Shown piece by piece: positions 50,617 through 64,000 of a stretch of 64,000 nt of DNA. The notes beneath the pieces are model-generated. The model was not told where the DNA came from and ran no database searches. It worked only from the letters and a program-made list of their open reading frames with translations. Both the position numbers and the translations under genes were made by a program. The DNA is from Octopus sinensis (taxonomy: Eukaryota): contig NC_043000.1 in assembly GCF_006345805.1 (NCBI RefSeq), forward strand, positions 139,748,001 to 139,812,000. Reading direction: 5' to 3'. Position 1 is the stretch's first letter. Each line of letters starts with the position of its first letter.

Positions 50617-51011
50617 TGCAGGAATGGCTGTGTGGTAAGTAGCTTGCTAACCAAACACATGGTTCCGGGTTCAGTCCCACTGCGTGGCATCTTGGGCAAG
50701 TGTCTTCTGCTAGAGCCCCGGGCCGACCAATGCCTTGTGAGTGGATTTAGTAGACGGAAACTGAAAGAAGCTTGTCGTATATATGTATATATATATATAT
50801 ATATATGTGTATGTGTGTGTGTTTGTCCCCCTAGCATTGCTTGACAACCGATGCTGGTGTGTTTACGTCCCCGTCAATTAGTGGTTCGGCAAAAGAGACC
50901 GATAGAATAAGTACTGGGCGCTTACAAAGAATAAGTCCCGGGGTCAATTTGCTCGACTAAAGGCGGTGCTCCCGCATGGCCGCAGTCAAATGACTGAAAC
51001 AAGTAAAAGAG
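50387..51011 (+). mobile_element. SINE family B with a tandemly duplicated 5' half
   Basis: The head-to-(TA)n segment occurs twice, from 50387 and from 50615, essentially identical. There is a single 3' half. Confidence 0.9.
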
Positions 51012-51089
51012 TATATATTATATACATATATATTATAATGGAATAATTACACATAATTATACACCTCTCACTACTCCAAGGAGTGGACA

Positions 51090-51392
51090 TTGTCAAACTA
51101 CCCCGTCAATGACTGAATATTGCATATGAGATCACCTGTGGCAAATGTGGTGCATCCTACAGAGGAAGTATGACAAGAAAACTGCATATGCGCATTAAGG
51201 AACATATGCAGTCAGACACTTCCATGAAAAAACACAGAAATGTCAGACCCAGGAATTCACAGTGCACATCGAGGCAACACAGTGGAACAGGAGTAACATT
51301 AGAATCTCTGAAGCCATTCTCATACACCAAAAGGGACTCAAGATCATCAACAGGAAAGAGTTACAGGAAGTTAACTGGTTGCTATAGCAACA
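51090..51392 (+). mobile_element. Penelope-like GIY-YIG relic
   Basis: NIAYEITCGKCGASYRGSMTRKLHMRIKEH...IRISEAILIH...INRKE (frameshifted). Confidence 0.75.
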
Positions 51393-51587
51393 CCTTTCCA
51401 TGCATGTCCACTCCGCACACGCTCATGCATACATACATTGGTAACATTCATCTATTTTGAAAATTGGGTCATTAACCCCAAAATATTGAATACAAGGTAA
51501 GTCTACATTAATTCACATATTTGTTTTCTTGTGATTTACCTTGCATTTCCTTTGCATTGTTTTGGCCTTACCCATGATCCGTTATAC

Positions 51588-51645
<58 letters not shown>

Positions 51646-51674
51646 TGTATATATATTTATATGTATATAAATAT

Positions 51675-52223
51675 AAAGTTGAAGCACCTCAAAGGGCAAT
51701 CACAAAAAGATAGATGGCATGACAGGCCTCGACTATTGGGGTCGACTAGAAAAGCTAAAACTCTATTCTCTCCAACGTCGTCGTGAGCGCTACATCATCT
51801 GCATGATGTGGAAAATATTCCATCAGCATTGCCCAAATGATGTTGGCATCACCTTTAAGGTACATCCAAGGCTTGGGCCCCGTGCCATCCGCCCAAAACA
51901 AAAATCGCACTCTCATCTAATAACAACAATACGGCACAATTATTTCACCTCAATTGGCCCCGCTCTCTTAACATTACACCAAAACACATTAAAACAGAAA
52001 CTGACCCTATAGGGTTCAAGAAGTCTTTGGACAGATTCCTTCAAGAAATCCCGGATAAACCCCCTACACCCGGATATGTCTCTGTAAACAATAACTCTCT
52101 ACTTGAGTGGGCCATAGTGCCCAAATTCTGACTTGAAAGACTTCACCAGGTGGTGCTATTAAGTTAGACATGGCCTGGGCCAATAATGGCCGAAACCTAT
52201 CAAAGTATCAAAGTATCAAAGTA
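51675..52223 (+). mobile_element. CR1-group LINE 3' end (5'-truncated)
   Basis: EAPQRAITKR.DGMTGLDYWGRLEKLKLYSLQRRRERY matches the CR1/L2 C-terminal motif. Tandem tail (ATCAAAGT)x3. Confidence 0.85.
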
Positions 52224-52237
52224 TATATATATATGTA

Positions 52238-52269
<32 letters not shown>

Positions 52270-52368
52270 TTATATATATATATGTATATATATATGTATA
52301 TATATATATATATGTATATATATTTATATGTATATATATATATATATGTATATTATATATATATATAA

Positions 52369-52425
<57 letters not shown>

Positions 52426-52503
52426 ATATATATATATATGTAATATATATATATGTATATATATATGTATACATATATATGTATATATATATGTATATAT
52501 ATG

Positions 52504-52543
<40 letters not shown>

Positions 52544-52721
52544 ATATACATATATATATGTATATATATACATATATATATATATATGTATATATATACA
52601 CATATATATATATGTAATATATACATACATATATATATATATGTATATATATATATACATACATATATATACACATATATATATATATATCTATATATAT
52701 ATATATATATATCTATATATA

Positions 52722-52760
<39 letters not shown>

Positions 52761-52849
52761 ATATATATGTATATATATATATATATACATACATATATAT
52801 ATATATATACACATACTATATATATACATACATATATATATACATATAT

Positions 52850-52895
<46 letters not shown>
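52224..52895. repeat. ~670-bp (TA)n/(TATATG)n microsatellite
   Basis: Direct reading. It is the source of the I/Y-rich ORFs. Confidence 0.95.
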
Positions 52896-52898
<3 letters not shown>

Positions 52899-54459
52899 AG
52901 TATGTATATATTTGTGTACAACAATGCCTTCATTTTATAATAGAGTATATTTTTTTTATAGATATAGCGATATATGATCATAACATCTTTTATTAAAAGA
53001 TTTAGGAAGCTTGTGAAATAATAAGTTTTATTTCCTAAAGATTTTCACTTTGAGAGGGTAAAAAGAGATTATTCTTAATGAAATTATGATGTATACAATG
53101 CATACTAGCCCCTTGGCAGAAACATAAAATGAACGTGGATAATATTATTTTACAATAGAAACTAATTATTAAAGATTTATCTAAAGATTTCAGAAATCTA
53201 ATATTTAATAAATATAAATTTTTGAAGTATATTAAAAGGAATTTGACAGTTCTTCAATGTCTTAAAGGCTTTAGAAAATATCTACAATAAAGTTGTATTA
53301 ATGCTATTTAGATAAGGTAAGAGTCTATATGGGATTTTCATGAGTTTTATTGGAAAAATAAATTTAATGTAAGAAGAGATTTTTTTTTTCATGAGCATGA
53401 AAATAATTTAGTATAGATTAGTTAATAGTTACATTGCCCCATCATGGAATTGTATATGATACATGCAGGAACAGTAAATGACAGCTTTATTTAAAGACAG
53501 AGAGATGAGAGAAAAATAGCTCAAAAATGTAAACTGTAAATTAGGAACTGAATCATTGAATATGGCAGTCACAGAAACATTAATAAATGAAGTCTCTAAA
53601 CTAGACTAAGAAGAAGTAAAACGTTGATCTGTATCTAAAGTTACTCATGATACATAAGTGCAATAACCCTAGGTCTTAGTCAAAATGGGTTGACAACTTC
53701 AAAATTCGAAACATGCAATGGTAGACAGGTGAGGTTAGGGTGTAAAAAGATAAAGCTGATCTTTGGCAAATAGTAGTTTCGGTTTTGTTTCAGTCTCATT
53801 AGGGCTCTTCAGCAAAAGTTAAAGGGAAGTGAATTAGTTGCTTGAGTGCCTTGTAGTAGTTTTTCTCACTTCCTATGCCCTCAATTCAAATTCTATTCAG
53901 GCCAATATTTGATTTCTTTCCTCTCAGAGATGTTGAATTAAAGTTCCAGTCAAATACTGAGAGTGATTTCTCTTTTTTCCTCTTTCTCTTCCTTAAGATC
54001 AGCAATGACAAAGGGGCCAAGAAAGTGAGTGCTCAAATCAGAGCATCATCAATCTTTTCATTACAACCCTGTGGATAAAACAACAAACAAGAATATGTGA
54101 AGGATTGTGTTTGGTAAACATACCAGATTTGTAATGATGGGTTACAATATCCTTGCAGTGAAATGCACACAACTAGGGGCGACAGTAAAAAATAATATAC
54201 AAAAGCAAGTATCCAAGGGTACCACTCTACTTGGAAAATAAATAGTGAAGTAAATACTAACACATAATGAGGCAAAATCTATATTATAAACTACATAGCA
54301 TATTTTGGCTGAACTAAGCCTGCTTTAGCACAACCAGAGAATCTTTCAATGCTTTTAATAGAAACCATCCTTCGTGAATATTTGGACTAGAATTTTGTTC
54401 ATTAACATACTCCTCTCTTTAACCCACAAGCATGCAATTTCATTTACATATATACTTTG

Positions 54460-54845
54460 GTTTTTGACATGCTGGTGAGCTTCTCTTTTCTCTACCTTTT
54501 CTATTTCTACTACTACGATGACTTTTGTTCCTCAGAGTTAGCTGGTTTTGTATCTCTTCCAATCAGGCACTTGCAACCCACTTGTGTCTCCTCTCACCAC
54601 CCATACTGTGCCTTCAGTTTAGTATCTGCAGTAACTACTGTAGGTGCTATCAAATATTTGCTACTACCACCGAGATCTGCACTTGCGGTCGGCTTCACCC
54701 AGGCTCGCATCCACGGCTTCCATGCAATCTGTGGCGCCCTCTTCTTCTTCAGAATATCCCACATTAGAACCTCCTCTTTGATCATGCCTTTCCTGCAGGT
54801 GTTCACTTGCGGCAGTTTAAATTGAACATTAATAACATCAGTCTC
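54460..54845 (+). mobile_element. Old CR1/Jockey-group LINE 3' relic
   Basis: FYFYYYDDFCSSELAGFVSLP...HHPY and later LW...DHAFPAGVHLRQFKLNINNI resemble the Crack/Daphne-type C-terminus. Confidence 0.5.
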
Positions 54846-55665
54846 AAAATTCTTGGGGAGCCTACAAAGGTCATGGGCACTACTTCTTCCTTCAGCTCCA
54901 TGAAGTGGGAAAAAAATCGTTGGGGGTGGAGGTGGGATCTGTCTTTCTACAAATTTTAGGGGAGGAGGGATATTAAACATGAAAACCACTCCACCAGTTA
55001 ATAAATGGGGTGTTAAAACAATTTAGAAGGATGAAGTCTATCACAACATGAATGTAGAAATATGAGACAGGGATCTGTATAATGGAAATGATATAGACTA
55101 GTTGCAATAAATGAAGTTTAATGTATATACCAATAATGGATTAGTGTTATTAGCTACATTATTTCAATATCCTTTGTTGATCTGATTGGTTTCCCCCTAC
55201 AATTTCTATTTACCAAATTTCACTCAGAAGTCTTTGGTAGAAGATACTTGCACTAAGTATTGACTTCAAAAGATATACTTCTCTAAGTTATAATTCTTCC
55301 AGAATAAGAACTCAAATAATGTCATTACACCTTATATTGGGCAAATAAGATGTAGCCAGACCATGCAAAGAGCAATTCAATGATAATCATAATCATAATG
55401 ATGTAACTTGTATAAGTTGTTCTAAAACCGTTTTTTATCAAAATTATTTTAATACAGATGCCAAAATAATATGCTGTTATATACTATCTTTAAAGCAACT
55501 CAGTACTTGAAGGTTATTTTCCTGAGCTCAGTACTTATGGGTGATGAAACCTGCATTAACAGTGCACCAAATCATTAAAACATACCAAAAGATTAGAGAA
55601 AGAAAACTGGAGGATTCTGAGAAAATGAACTCATTGATTCTAAAATCAATGTGATATTTGGCAAA

Positions 55666-56280
55666 GGTAGTGAGCTGGCAGAAATGTTAGCATGCCGGGT
55701 GAAATGCTTTGCGGTATTTCGTCTGCCGCTACATTCTGAGTTCAAATTCTGCCAAGGTCGACTTTGCCTTTCATCCTTTCGGCGTCAATTAAATAATTAC
55801 TAGTTTCACACTGGGGTCGATATAATCGACTAAATCCGTTTGTCTGTCCTTGTTTTGTCGCCTCTGTGTTTAGCCCCTTGTGGGTAGTAAAGAAATAGGT
55901 ATTTCGTCTCTCTTTACTTTCTGAGTTCAAATTCCACTGAGGTGGACTTTGCCTTTCATCCTTTCAGAGTCAATAAATTAAGTACTAGTTGCATACTGGA
56001 GTCAATCTAATTGACTGACCCCCTCCTCAAAAATTTTGGACCTTGTGCCAAGAGTAGAAAAGAATATGATATTTTGCAATAGGTGGCAAGCTGGCAGAAT
56101 CATAAGCAAGTTACACAAAATGTTTAGTGGCATTTTGTCCATCTTTATGTTCTGAGTTCAAATTCCATCATGTTCAACTTTACCTTTTATCCTCTTGAAG
56201 TAGATGAAATAAGCACAAGTTAAGTACTGGAGTTGATGAAATTGACTAACCCCTCCTCAAAATTACTAGCCTTGTGCTAA
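55666..56280 (+). mobile_element. Cluster of head-to-tail SINE family A units
   Basis: TTCTGAGTTCAAATTC recurs three times (~55735, ~55920, ~56150). Confidence 0.85.
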
Positions 56281-56342
56281 AATTTTTTTAATTCAGTTTG
56301 ATATTAGACAATTAACTGAAATTTCAAGAGTTCCTATCAAGT

Positions 56343-56377
<35 letters not shown>

Positions 56378-56861
56378 ATACTACTACTACTACTAATAAT
56401 AATAATAATAATCATGATAATAATAATAATAATAATAATGATTCAGGGATCTTTTGAGTGGGATAGGCTACTCAACCTGAAGAATATGCTTTATATGCAC
56501 TTTTGACAATATGCTTTATACGCACTTTTGACAAGTTGTGGTGCACCCGAGCACTGTATACAATAATTTCATTATTATTATTATTAAATTTCTAACTGGG
56601 CCCTACCTACAAGGTTATGCACTGTTTATCTTGATATAAGATCACTATGTCACGCACATATGGTTGTGATGCATGTGCCTAGTGTGTTCTAATCAGACAA
56701 GTAGTCATGAGGGGTATACTGAGCTTCGTATATTTTACTTCAGTGCCACTTTGATGACATGCATTGCTCTCTCACTCAATACTACTACTACTACTACTAC
56801 TACTAATAATAATAATAATAATAATGGTTTCAAATTTTGGTGCAAGGCCAGCAAGTTCAGG

Positions 56862-57036
56862 GAAGGTGATAAGTTGATTTCATCAACCTCAGTGTTGAAT
56901 TGGTACTTATTTTATCAACTCTGAGGGGATGAAAAGTAAAGTTGACCTCGGTGGAATTTGAACACAGGATATACAGACAGACAAAATGCTGCTTAGTATT
57001 TTGTTCAGTGCAGGAACAATGCTGCCAACTCACCAC
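56862..57036 (-). mobile_element. SINE family A copy
   Basis: Reverse-complement homology to 10066-10300. Confidence 0.75.
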
Positions 57037-57097
57037 CTTAATAATAAAAAGCATAATGATGATATGAATAACAACAGCAATAGTGCCAGTCCGCTTA

Positions 57098-57588
57098 TGC
57101 ATACCTTTCCTTCTGGGGACACAGTACTATACTTGTGAAGACCTGTTGAGGCAAGTGAGAATCGAAATTGATCAACATCAATGGAAATTGCAGCTGTGAT
57201 ACCAGTGCCGGTGGAACGTAAGTGAACCATCCGAACATGGCCGTTGCCAGCGACGCCCCAACTGGCCTCGTGCCGGTGGCACGTAAAAAGCACCATCCGA
57301 TCGTGGCCATTGCCAGCCTCGCCCAGCCCCCATGCCAGTGGCACGTAAAAAACACCATCCGATCATGGCCATTTGCCAGCCTCGTCTGGCACCTATGCCA
57401 GTGGCACGTAAAAAACACCCACTACACTCACAGAGTGGTTGGCGTTAGGAAGGGCATCCAGCCATAGAAACATTGCCAGATCGGACTGGGCCTGGTGCAG
57501 CCTTCTGGCTTCCCAGACCCCAGTTGAACCGTCCAACCCATGCTAGCATGGAAAGCAGACGCTAAACGATGATGATGATGATGATGAT
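57098..57588 (+). mobile_element. RTE-tail SINE-like element (family C) with internal ~55-bp tandem repeats
   Basis: Ends GGTTGGCGTTAGGAAGGGCATCCAGCC...GCAGACGCTAAAC(GAT)n, an RTE-type 3' end. GTGGCACGTAAAA recurs at ~57276, ~57338 and ~57401. Confidence 0.8.
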
Positions 57589-57594
57589 TATATA

Positions 57595-57777
57595 GGCACA
57601 GGAATGGCTGTGTGGTAAGTAGCTTGCTTACCAACCACATGATTCCATGTTCAGTCCCACTGCATGGCACCTTGGGCAAGTGTCTTCTACTATAGCCTCA
57701 GGCCGACCAAAGCCTTGTGAGTGGATTTGGTAGATGGAAACTGAAAGAAGCCCATCATAAATATGTATATATATATA

Positions 57778-57826
<49 letters not shown>

Positions 57827-58032
57827 ATGTGTTTGTGTGTCTATGTTTGTCCCCCCAACATTGCTTGACAACCGATGCTGGTGTGTTTACGTCCCTGTGT
57901 TTTAGTGGTTCAGCAAAAGAGACCGATAGAATAAGTACTAGGCTTCCAAAGAATAAGTCTTGGGATCGATTTGCTCGACTAAAGGCAGTACTCCAGCATG
58001 GCCACGGTCAAATGACTGAAACAAGTAAAAGA
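57595..58032 (+). mobile_element. SINE family B
   Basis: Full head, CORE, microsatellite and tail structure. Confidence 0.9.
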
Positions 58033-59745
58033 TTAAATGAAGAATGAGAGTAAGAGTATCCCAAAAGAGCATAAAGAATACAACGTAAAATTTAATCCAA
58101 GATGAAGCGATAGAGTGATACTGACAAAACAATGGTGCTAATTGAATAATTGTCATTTCCTGAAAACCTATCAAGGAGAATTGCTTCCATGGGACATATG
58201 AAAATTGCTAGTTCAGCATTTTCTAAGATTATTACTACTTGATTACTATGCTTTTGAAAAACATTCTGCAGTTTAATGGCCAAAGAAATAAAACTCTTGT
58301 GAGGATTCCAGTTCTGGTTTTAATATTTTCATGCAAATTTTCCTTTTTTTTTTTTATTCATAAATATTTTTCATATATTTTCACTTTTTCCCTTTTTTCT
58401 GTTTTATTTGTTGATTAGATTGATGCGAAATTGTCATTTTAAGCTTTTTTCTTCAATTCCACTCCAGCATACATAGACACATACTGATGTCTCCAGAATT
58501 ATTTAAAATTTCAAAGCATGTTTAAGTATAAGGGAAAAATGTTATTATTTTCATTGTATAAGCCTAATGATGATGATGATTTATTTATACTAAGTTTGAA
58601 AACAATAAAAGTGCAACTTCATTATTTTAATAAAATAACAATTTCCATATTAGTTTGCTTAGCTGAACTTAGAGTATATAGATGGTCTGTCCTGTTTTTA
58701 TTATTATTTTATTTTAGATACTTAAAAATATTTGTTTTTTGAATGTATAAATAAGTGTTTTGTTATTAAATATTCTTTCACTAGATATTTTAATACCTAT
58801 TGTTATATTCAAGTGTGCAAATTCGATTTATTTTGATTTTGTTTTTCATAACTCTAGTATCTATGAAGTTAACACTTGTAGCATATTGTAAATATTTCAC
58901 TCAACACACAAAACCCATGAAAGGATCCCTTTTATATAGAACTGAAAGATGCTCATTGTCTTTTTTTAATCCTGATAAAAAATTTGAGTAAATTATTTCG
59001 GTTAAACTTCAAAATTTTTTTCGAAATTATAAATTTTTCATTTGGAGTTATTGTTCAGTTTGTATCTTCTGCTTGATAAACACTAATGATATAACAGTGT
59101 TTTGGTAAGTAATTTTAAACATTTCTGCTTCATTTCAGTCAATTTGGTGAATTTATTATGCTTCAAGTGTTTGTATTATTATACAGTTGAAGTTAACACA
59201 TTTAAACTGTTATTAATTAAATCATTAATTAAATTTTGTTTTCCATTTTAGCTTTTTATGGAAAAATGGATAGATATAAATGACCATTAACCACAGAATG
59301 TCCAAAAAGAGAAACTATTCACAGGGATTTGATCATTTTAGAAATAGCAATCAAATCTTCTTCAAATAACATCCTACTATCTTAAAAGGGCAAATTGATT
59401 ACATATATACCCCATGTGCTCATCATCATCATCATCATCCAGTGTTTTAAATCTGAGTTTTGTCCCCATTACCTCAATGCCATAGTAACTGAGGTAGGTA
59501 GCCCACCCCAAACTTTGTGTTGGCTAGCTGGTGCCCATTTTCCTTTGCTATCCTGAGCCTTTTTTGGAGCTGGATTTTCTACGGGGAGCATGCCCTTGCT
59601 TACCCCCAATCTCAGTTTCTAGATATGAGTCGCCCCTAGACCAAGGCCTCTACCACGATTTTTAAGAAATGTGGTGGCAAACTAGCTCAGGAAGGCAGGA
59701 CACTACTCCCTGAGACCCCTTTCGGAGCCACCACCACCACCACCT

Positions 59746-59879
59746 GGTACTTATTTTATTGACCCTGAAAGGATGAAAGGTAAAGTCAACCTAAATGGAA
59801 TTTGAACTCAGACTGTAAAGAAGGATGTAATGATTAGCAGCATTTCGTCCGGTGTGCTAATGATTCTGCCAGCTCACAA
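59746..59879 (-). mobile_element. SINE family A copy (partial)
   Basis: Reverse-complement homology. Confidence 0.7.
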
Positions 59880-60024
59880 CCTTAGTATAGTGTGCAAATA
59901 TAGTGAATAGTGTTATGTAGTGAAGAGGTATACTGAACAGAATTAATGCATATCTGGCCCAAGTATTCTAACTGATATTGAAACTGGCCAGATCCAGCTT
60001 CTCACACCTACTCTACAATGTCAT

Positions 60025-60330
60025 TCATCATCATCATCATCATCATCGTTTAATGTTCGTTTTCCATACTAGCATGGGTTGGATGGTTTGACCGGGGTCT
60101 GGGAAGCCAGGAGGCTGCACCAGGCTCCAGTCTGACCTGGCAGTGTTTCTACAGCCGGATGCCCTTCCTAACGCCAACCACTCCGTGAGTGTAGTGGGTG
60201 CTTTCTACATGCCACCGGCACAGGTGCTAGGTGAGGCTGGCAACTGCCATAATCGGTTGGTGCTTTTTATGTGCCACCAGCACGGAAGCCAATCAAGGTG
60301 GCACTGGCATCGACACAAGTGCCAGGGTAT
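60025..60330 (-). mobile_element. RTE-tail SINE-like element (family C)
   Basis: Reverse complement of the 57.4-57.59 kb tail. Confidence 0.85.
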
Positions 60331-60659
60331 ATAAACAATCACATCTTCAAAATCTTGAAGCTCCAAGATTTTACATGACTGATTTTAAAATAAATAAGCA
60401 TTGCCTTTGGTAAATCAATCTGAATGCTAATTGGTTTATGTGGTTTTGTGGTGTACCATGTACTTTAATTTGGTGTAGGAGCATAGCGTATTGTGTAGCA
60501 TACTGCAGTTTAGAGTGATAGGGTGTTGTGTAATTGGTGCTTGAAGAAGTGTTTCTAGTATTTCGTATCTAGATCTTTCAGGATTCATAACTGTAAATTA
60601 TGTCCGTATTCCATGTTGGAATTTACTGGTTCTTTCTTCTATTACAGAGGAGGCAGACT

Positions 60660-61030
60660 GTTACAGTAGTCATGATGGTCATGGTAGTAGTGACGTTAGT
60701 AGTATTAGTAGTAGTAGAGTGGGGAGGAGGAGTGGTAGCTGCAGCAGCAATATCAATAGCAGTGTTGGTGGCAGCAGCAGTGGTAGCAGTGATTGTAGTA
60801 ATTGTTTAGTGGTGGTGGTGGTTAATAGTAATAGTGGTGAGTGGTAGTAGTAGTAGAAGTAGTAGAGTGAAGAGGAGGAGGAGTGGTAGCAGCAGCAGCA
60901 GCAGCAATATCAATGGAGGTTGTGGTGGCAGTGATTGTAGTAATAGTTTAGTGGCGGCAGTGGTGTTGATGGTTAGTAGTAATAGTGGTGAGTAGTAGTA
61001 GTAGTTGTAGTAGTAGTAGTGAAGTGGTGG
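60660..61030. repeat. Mixed GTA/GTG/GCA trinucleotide tract
   Basis: Direct reading. Confidence 0.9.
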
Positions 61031-61722
61031 AAAAGCTAATCAAAGTCATTTTCTTTATGAAAACCAACAACAGCTCTGTTCGAAGCTGTCAGTGCTGTCA
61101 GAGAGTAACAAAATGTATATTTTGCCATGATGAAGGAGGTAACGAGCACTTCATAGTTTCGGTAAGATAAGAGAAACCAAAAGACTAAGAATTAAAATGT
61201 GCGCATCAGGAAATATTCTCTGACATGAAACACCAAGAAGAAAATGAAATGAAAAATAAATAAATAAAATAAATAAATAAAAACAAAAAGAATTGAATAA
61301 GAAAAGCAAGAAATCCAATGACAGATTGTTGAAACAACCAAAGAATACGTCTTACGTGATGAAAGCTTTCACTGGAATGCTTACTGAAGCAAGCTAGAAA
61401 AACCTATCGGAATTGGGTGAATGAGTAAGTCCGATGACTCTGTAAATGTGGTGAATGTTAAAGTTTGATTTTAAAGTAGGGAAACATGTTGTTATTAGGG
61501 CAGAGTAATGGTTGAGAAATGAAAGAAGAAACTAAAGAATTTCAAGTACATTTATTAAGTACTAGCAGTGTGGCGGTAAATATGTTCAAGTGGTTAAGAA
61601 GTTTATCCCCCCCCCCCATAAGGTCCTGTACTCTATTTATAAACATCAAATGGATAAAAGGTAAAGCTAACCTCAGCACCTCAGCAGGATTTGATTTCAG
61701 ATTTAAGATACCTAGAACTAAT

Positions 61723-61885
61723 CATCATCATCATCATTTAATATCTGTTTTCCATGCTAGCCTGGGCTGGATGGTTTGACCAGGGTCTGGGAAGCCAGAA
61801 GGCTTCCCAGTCGGCACCAGGTTCCAGTCTGATCTGGCACTTTTTTTCTACAGCTGAATACCCTTATTAACGGCCAACCACCACA
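61723..61885 (-). mobile_element. RTE-tail SINE-like element (family C), 3' fragment
   Basis: Homology to 60025-60180. Confidence 0.75.
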
Positions 61886-62342
61886 AAATATTCAGACATG
61901 CCAATAACTCTGTCAATTTGCTAACTTTTGAACATAATACTGCTAACTAAAGAAAAAGTCTTCAGTGTCAAAAGACTCTCAATGGTTTTACTATGAACAT
62001 TATCATGTAGAGCTGACTGGTGCTTATCACTGGATCAGTTCTGAATCAGAAGATATTTTTGTACTAAGAGAAATTCCAGTTGTGACCATTCTTTTATATT
62101 TTAGTACATTTAGGATTATATTATCTAAATGTGTCCTCTCTAGACAATAGAGTATGATTTGAAGGAAAATTGGCTGCCATTTCTGATAGGTCTCTACAGT
62201 TTCCATAACAACATAGAACCAATTTTTTGCTTTATCACAAACTAGCACAAATCAGGTTGGAAGATTCTTGGCAGCTAAGAGAGCAGCTACATCTCCCTCA
62301 AATAATATCCGAGATTATCATCATCATCATCACCATCAACAT

Positions 62343-62570
62343 CTGTTTCTTTACTACCCACAAGGGGCTACACACCGAGGGGACAAACAAGGATAGACAA
62401 ACGGATTAAGTCGATTACATCGACCCCAGTGCATAACTGGTACTTTATTTATCGACCCCGAAAGGATGAAAGGCAAAGTCAACCTCGGCAGAATTTGAAC
62501 TCAGAACTTAACGGCAGACGAAATACGGCTACGCATTTCGCCTGGTGTGCTAACCTTTCTGCCAGCTCAC
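62343..62570 (-). mobile_element. SINE family A copy, well preserved
   Basis: Reverse-complement homology to 10066-10300. Confidence 0.9.
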
Positions 62571-62719
62571 CATCACCATCACCACCATCATCATCATCAT
62601 CATTTAATTTCCATTTTCTATCCTGGCATAGGTAGGAGAGTTTGTCACCAACTGGAAAGTCAGAAGACAGCACCAAGCTCTGCTTTCTGTTATGGTGTGG
62701 TTTCTAATTCATGATGACT

Positions 62720-62960
62720 ATAGGAGAGGATAGATATGAAAACTGGGCTTTTTCATCAAGCTCTCTTCTTCTGAGGATCGAATGCTGAAGCTAGCACATT
62801 ATTGTGACAGCACCTCCAATTCTTGCATCCAGTTCAGCCTTCTGCATCCCATCACTCATGAATATTGTCCCATTGTTTTTCACTTGTCTTAGTCAAGTTC
62901 CAAATAAGGCTAGTCTGTACAAGTTATATACAAATGGCAGTTTTGTGTCTGGTATGAATA
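62720..62960 (-). mobile_element. RTE RT relic
   Basis: FMSDGMQKAELDARIGGAVTIMC*LQHSILRRRELDEKAQ resembles the RTE EI..RIG.A...M..L....V..KRELS.KAK motif. Confidence 0.6.
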
Positions 62961-63012
62961 AGACCACTAGAATTTGCAATATGAAACAGTTTAGAAAAAA
63001 ATAATCATATCA

Positions 63013-63413
63013 GGCGCAGGAGTGGTTGTGTGGTAAGTAGCTTGCTAACCAACCACATGGTTCCGGGTTCAGTCCCACTGCATGGCATCTTGGGCAAGTG
63101 TCTTCTGCTATAGCCCCGGGCCGACCAATGCTTTGTGAGTGGATTTGGTAGACGGAAACTGAAAGAAGCCTGTCGTATATATGTATATATATGTATGTGT
63201 ATGTGTGTGTGTTTGTCCCCCTAGCATTGCTTGACAACCGATGCTGGTGTGTTTACATCGCCGTCACTTAGCGGTTCAGCGAAAGAGACCAATAGAATAA
63301 GTACTGGTCTTACAAAGAATAAGTCCTGGGGTTGATTTGCTCGACTAACGGCGGTGCTCCAGCATGGCCGCAGTCAAATGACTGAAAACAAGTAAAAGAG
63401 AGAGAGTAAAGAG
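63013..63413 (+). mobile_element. SINE family B, well preserved
   Basis: Full head, CORE, microsatellite and tail structure. Confidence 0.9.
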
Positions 63414-64000
63414 TAATGCAATGATTCAAAATACCAAGAAGCTGCAGCAAGATGATGTCTTTTAACCAGAGAAGGCAATGCTAAGAGGAAAACTTTGCAG
63501 AGTAAAACTGCTTGGAATTTATCCCAACATGTTTTACTAATCTAACACATAAATGAATAACTTAAAATATAAATAAACAAATAAGATGCTTGTTTCATCT
63601 GATTTTGTGATGACAAATAAGATCAATGTCCTTTTTTGCTGCATTTTATTTTAATCTATCATTTATTTTTTTTTATTTTGTTCTATTTGCTATTTATTAA
63701 TATTGGCAGCAGTGAAGATGATATTAATAATGATGATGATGATGATGATGATGATGGGGCAATGCCTTTACAATATGCGATGATAGTGGTCATCGTGATA
63801 GTGGATGTCAGGATGATGTGTAAAGATTGTTATTGTGGTGGTTATGACAAAGTAAATTTACTGAAACTGTGTACATATTTTTATTAGATTTTCTGCTAGT
63901 TAGCTCTGCTTTGGTAGCAATGTCCAAGAAATCAATCTTATGAAATTTCCATGATGAAACAAGTTAGACAGAAATCAAATTGAAGAAGAAAGACGGAAGA

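Noticed and set aside
51450-51500. Possible hammerhead downstream of the 51.1-kb GIY-YIG relic
   Set aside because: Only a GGG/CCC stem survives and the core is unrecognisable.
57180-57420. Regularly spaced repeats suggestive of a CRISPR-like array
   Set aside because: The units are homologous along their whole length with no unique spacers, they lie inside a SINE-like element, and no cas genes are present.

Overview
Very AT-rich, microsatellite-saturated animal genomic DNA. The SINE families and overall style point to Octopus, although this is an inference. No intact host protein-coding gene could be supported, and most ORFs in the track are microsatellite artefacts. The window is a transposon graveyard. 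It holds one near-full-length but dead R4/Dong-type non-LTR retrotransposon (~38.4-41.8 kb, +), fragments of RTE and CR1-group LINEs, a mariner transposase pseudogene split by a SINE, a Tc1/mariner MITE, and three Helitron-type ends (two complete ~390-bp non-autonomous elements). It also holds about 25 tRNA-derived or RTE-tail SINE copies and at least six Penelope-like element (PLE) coding relics (GIY-YIG and RT). The most striking signal is invisible in the ORF track. Reading both strands by eye gives about 15 type I hammerhead ribozyme (HHR) motifs from at least 8 unrelated sequence families, several with an intact catalytic core. They include a tandem pair predicted to excise a 90-nt monomer, a head-to-head pair inside a long palindrome, a tRNA-promoter plus hammerhead hybrid, and recurrent non-canonical variants (U.U closing stem II; a CUGUNGA core). 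Three long fold-back palindromes cluster at 36.9-38.2 kb. All structures were folded manually; no searches or folding programs were run.
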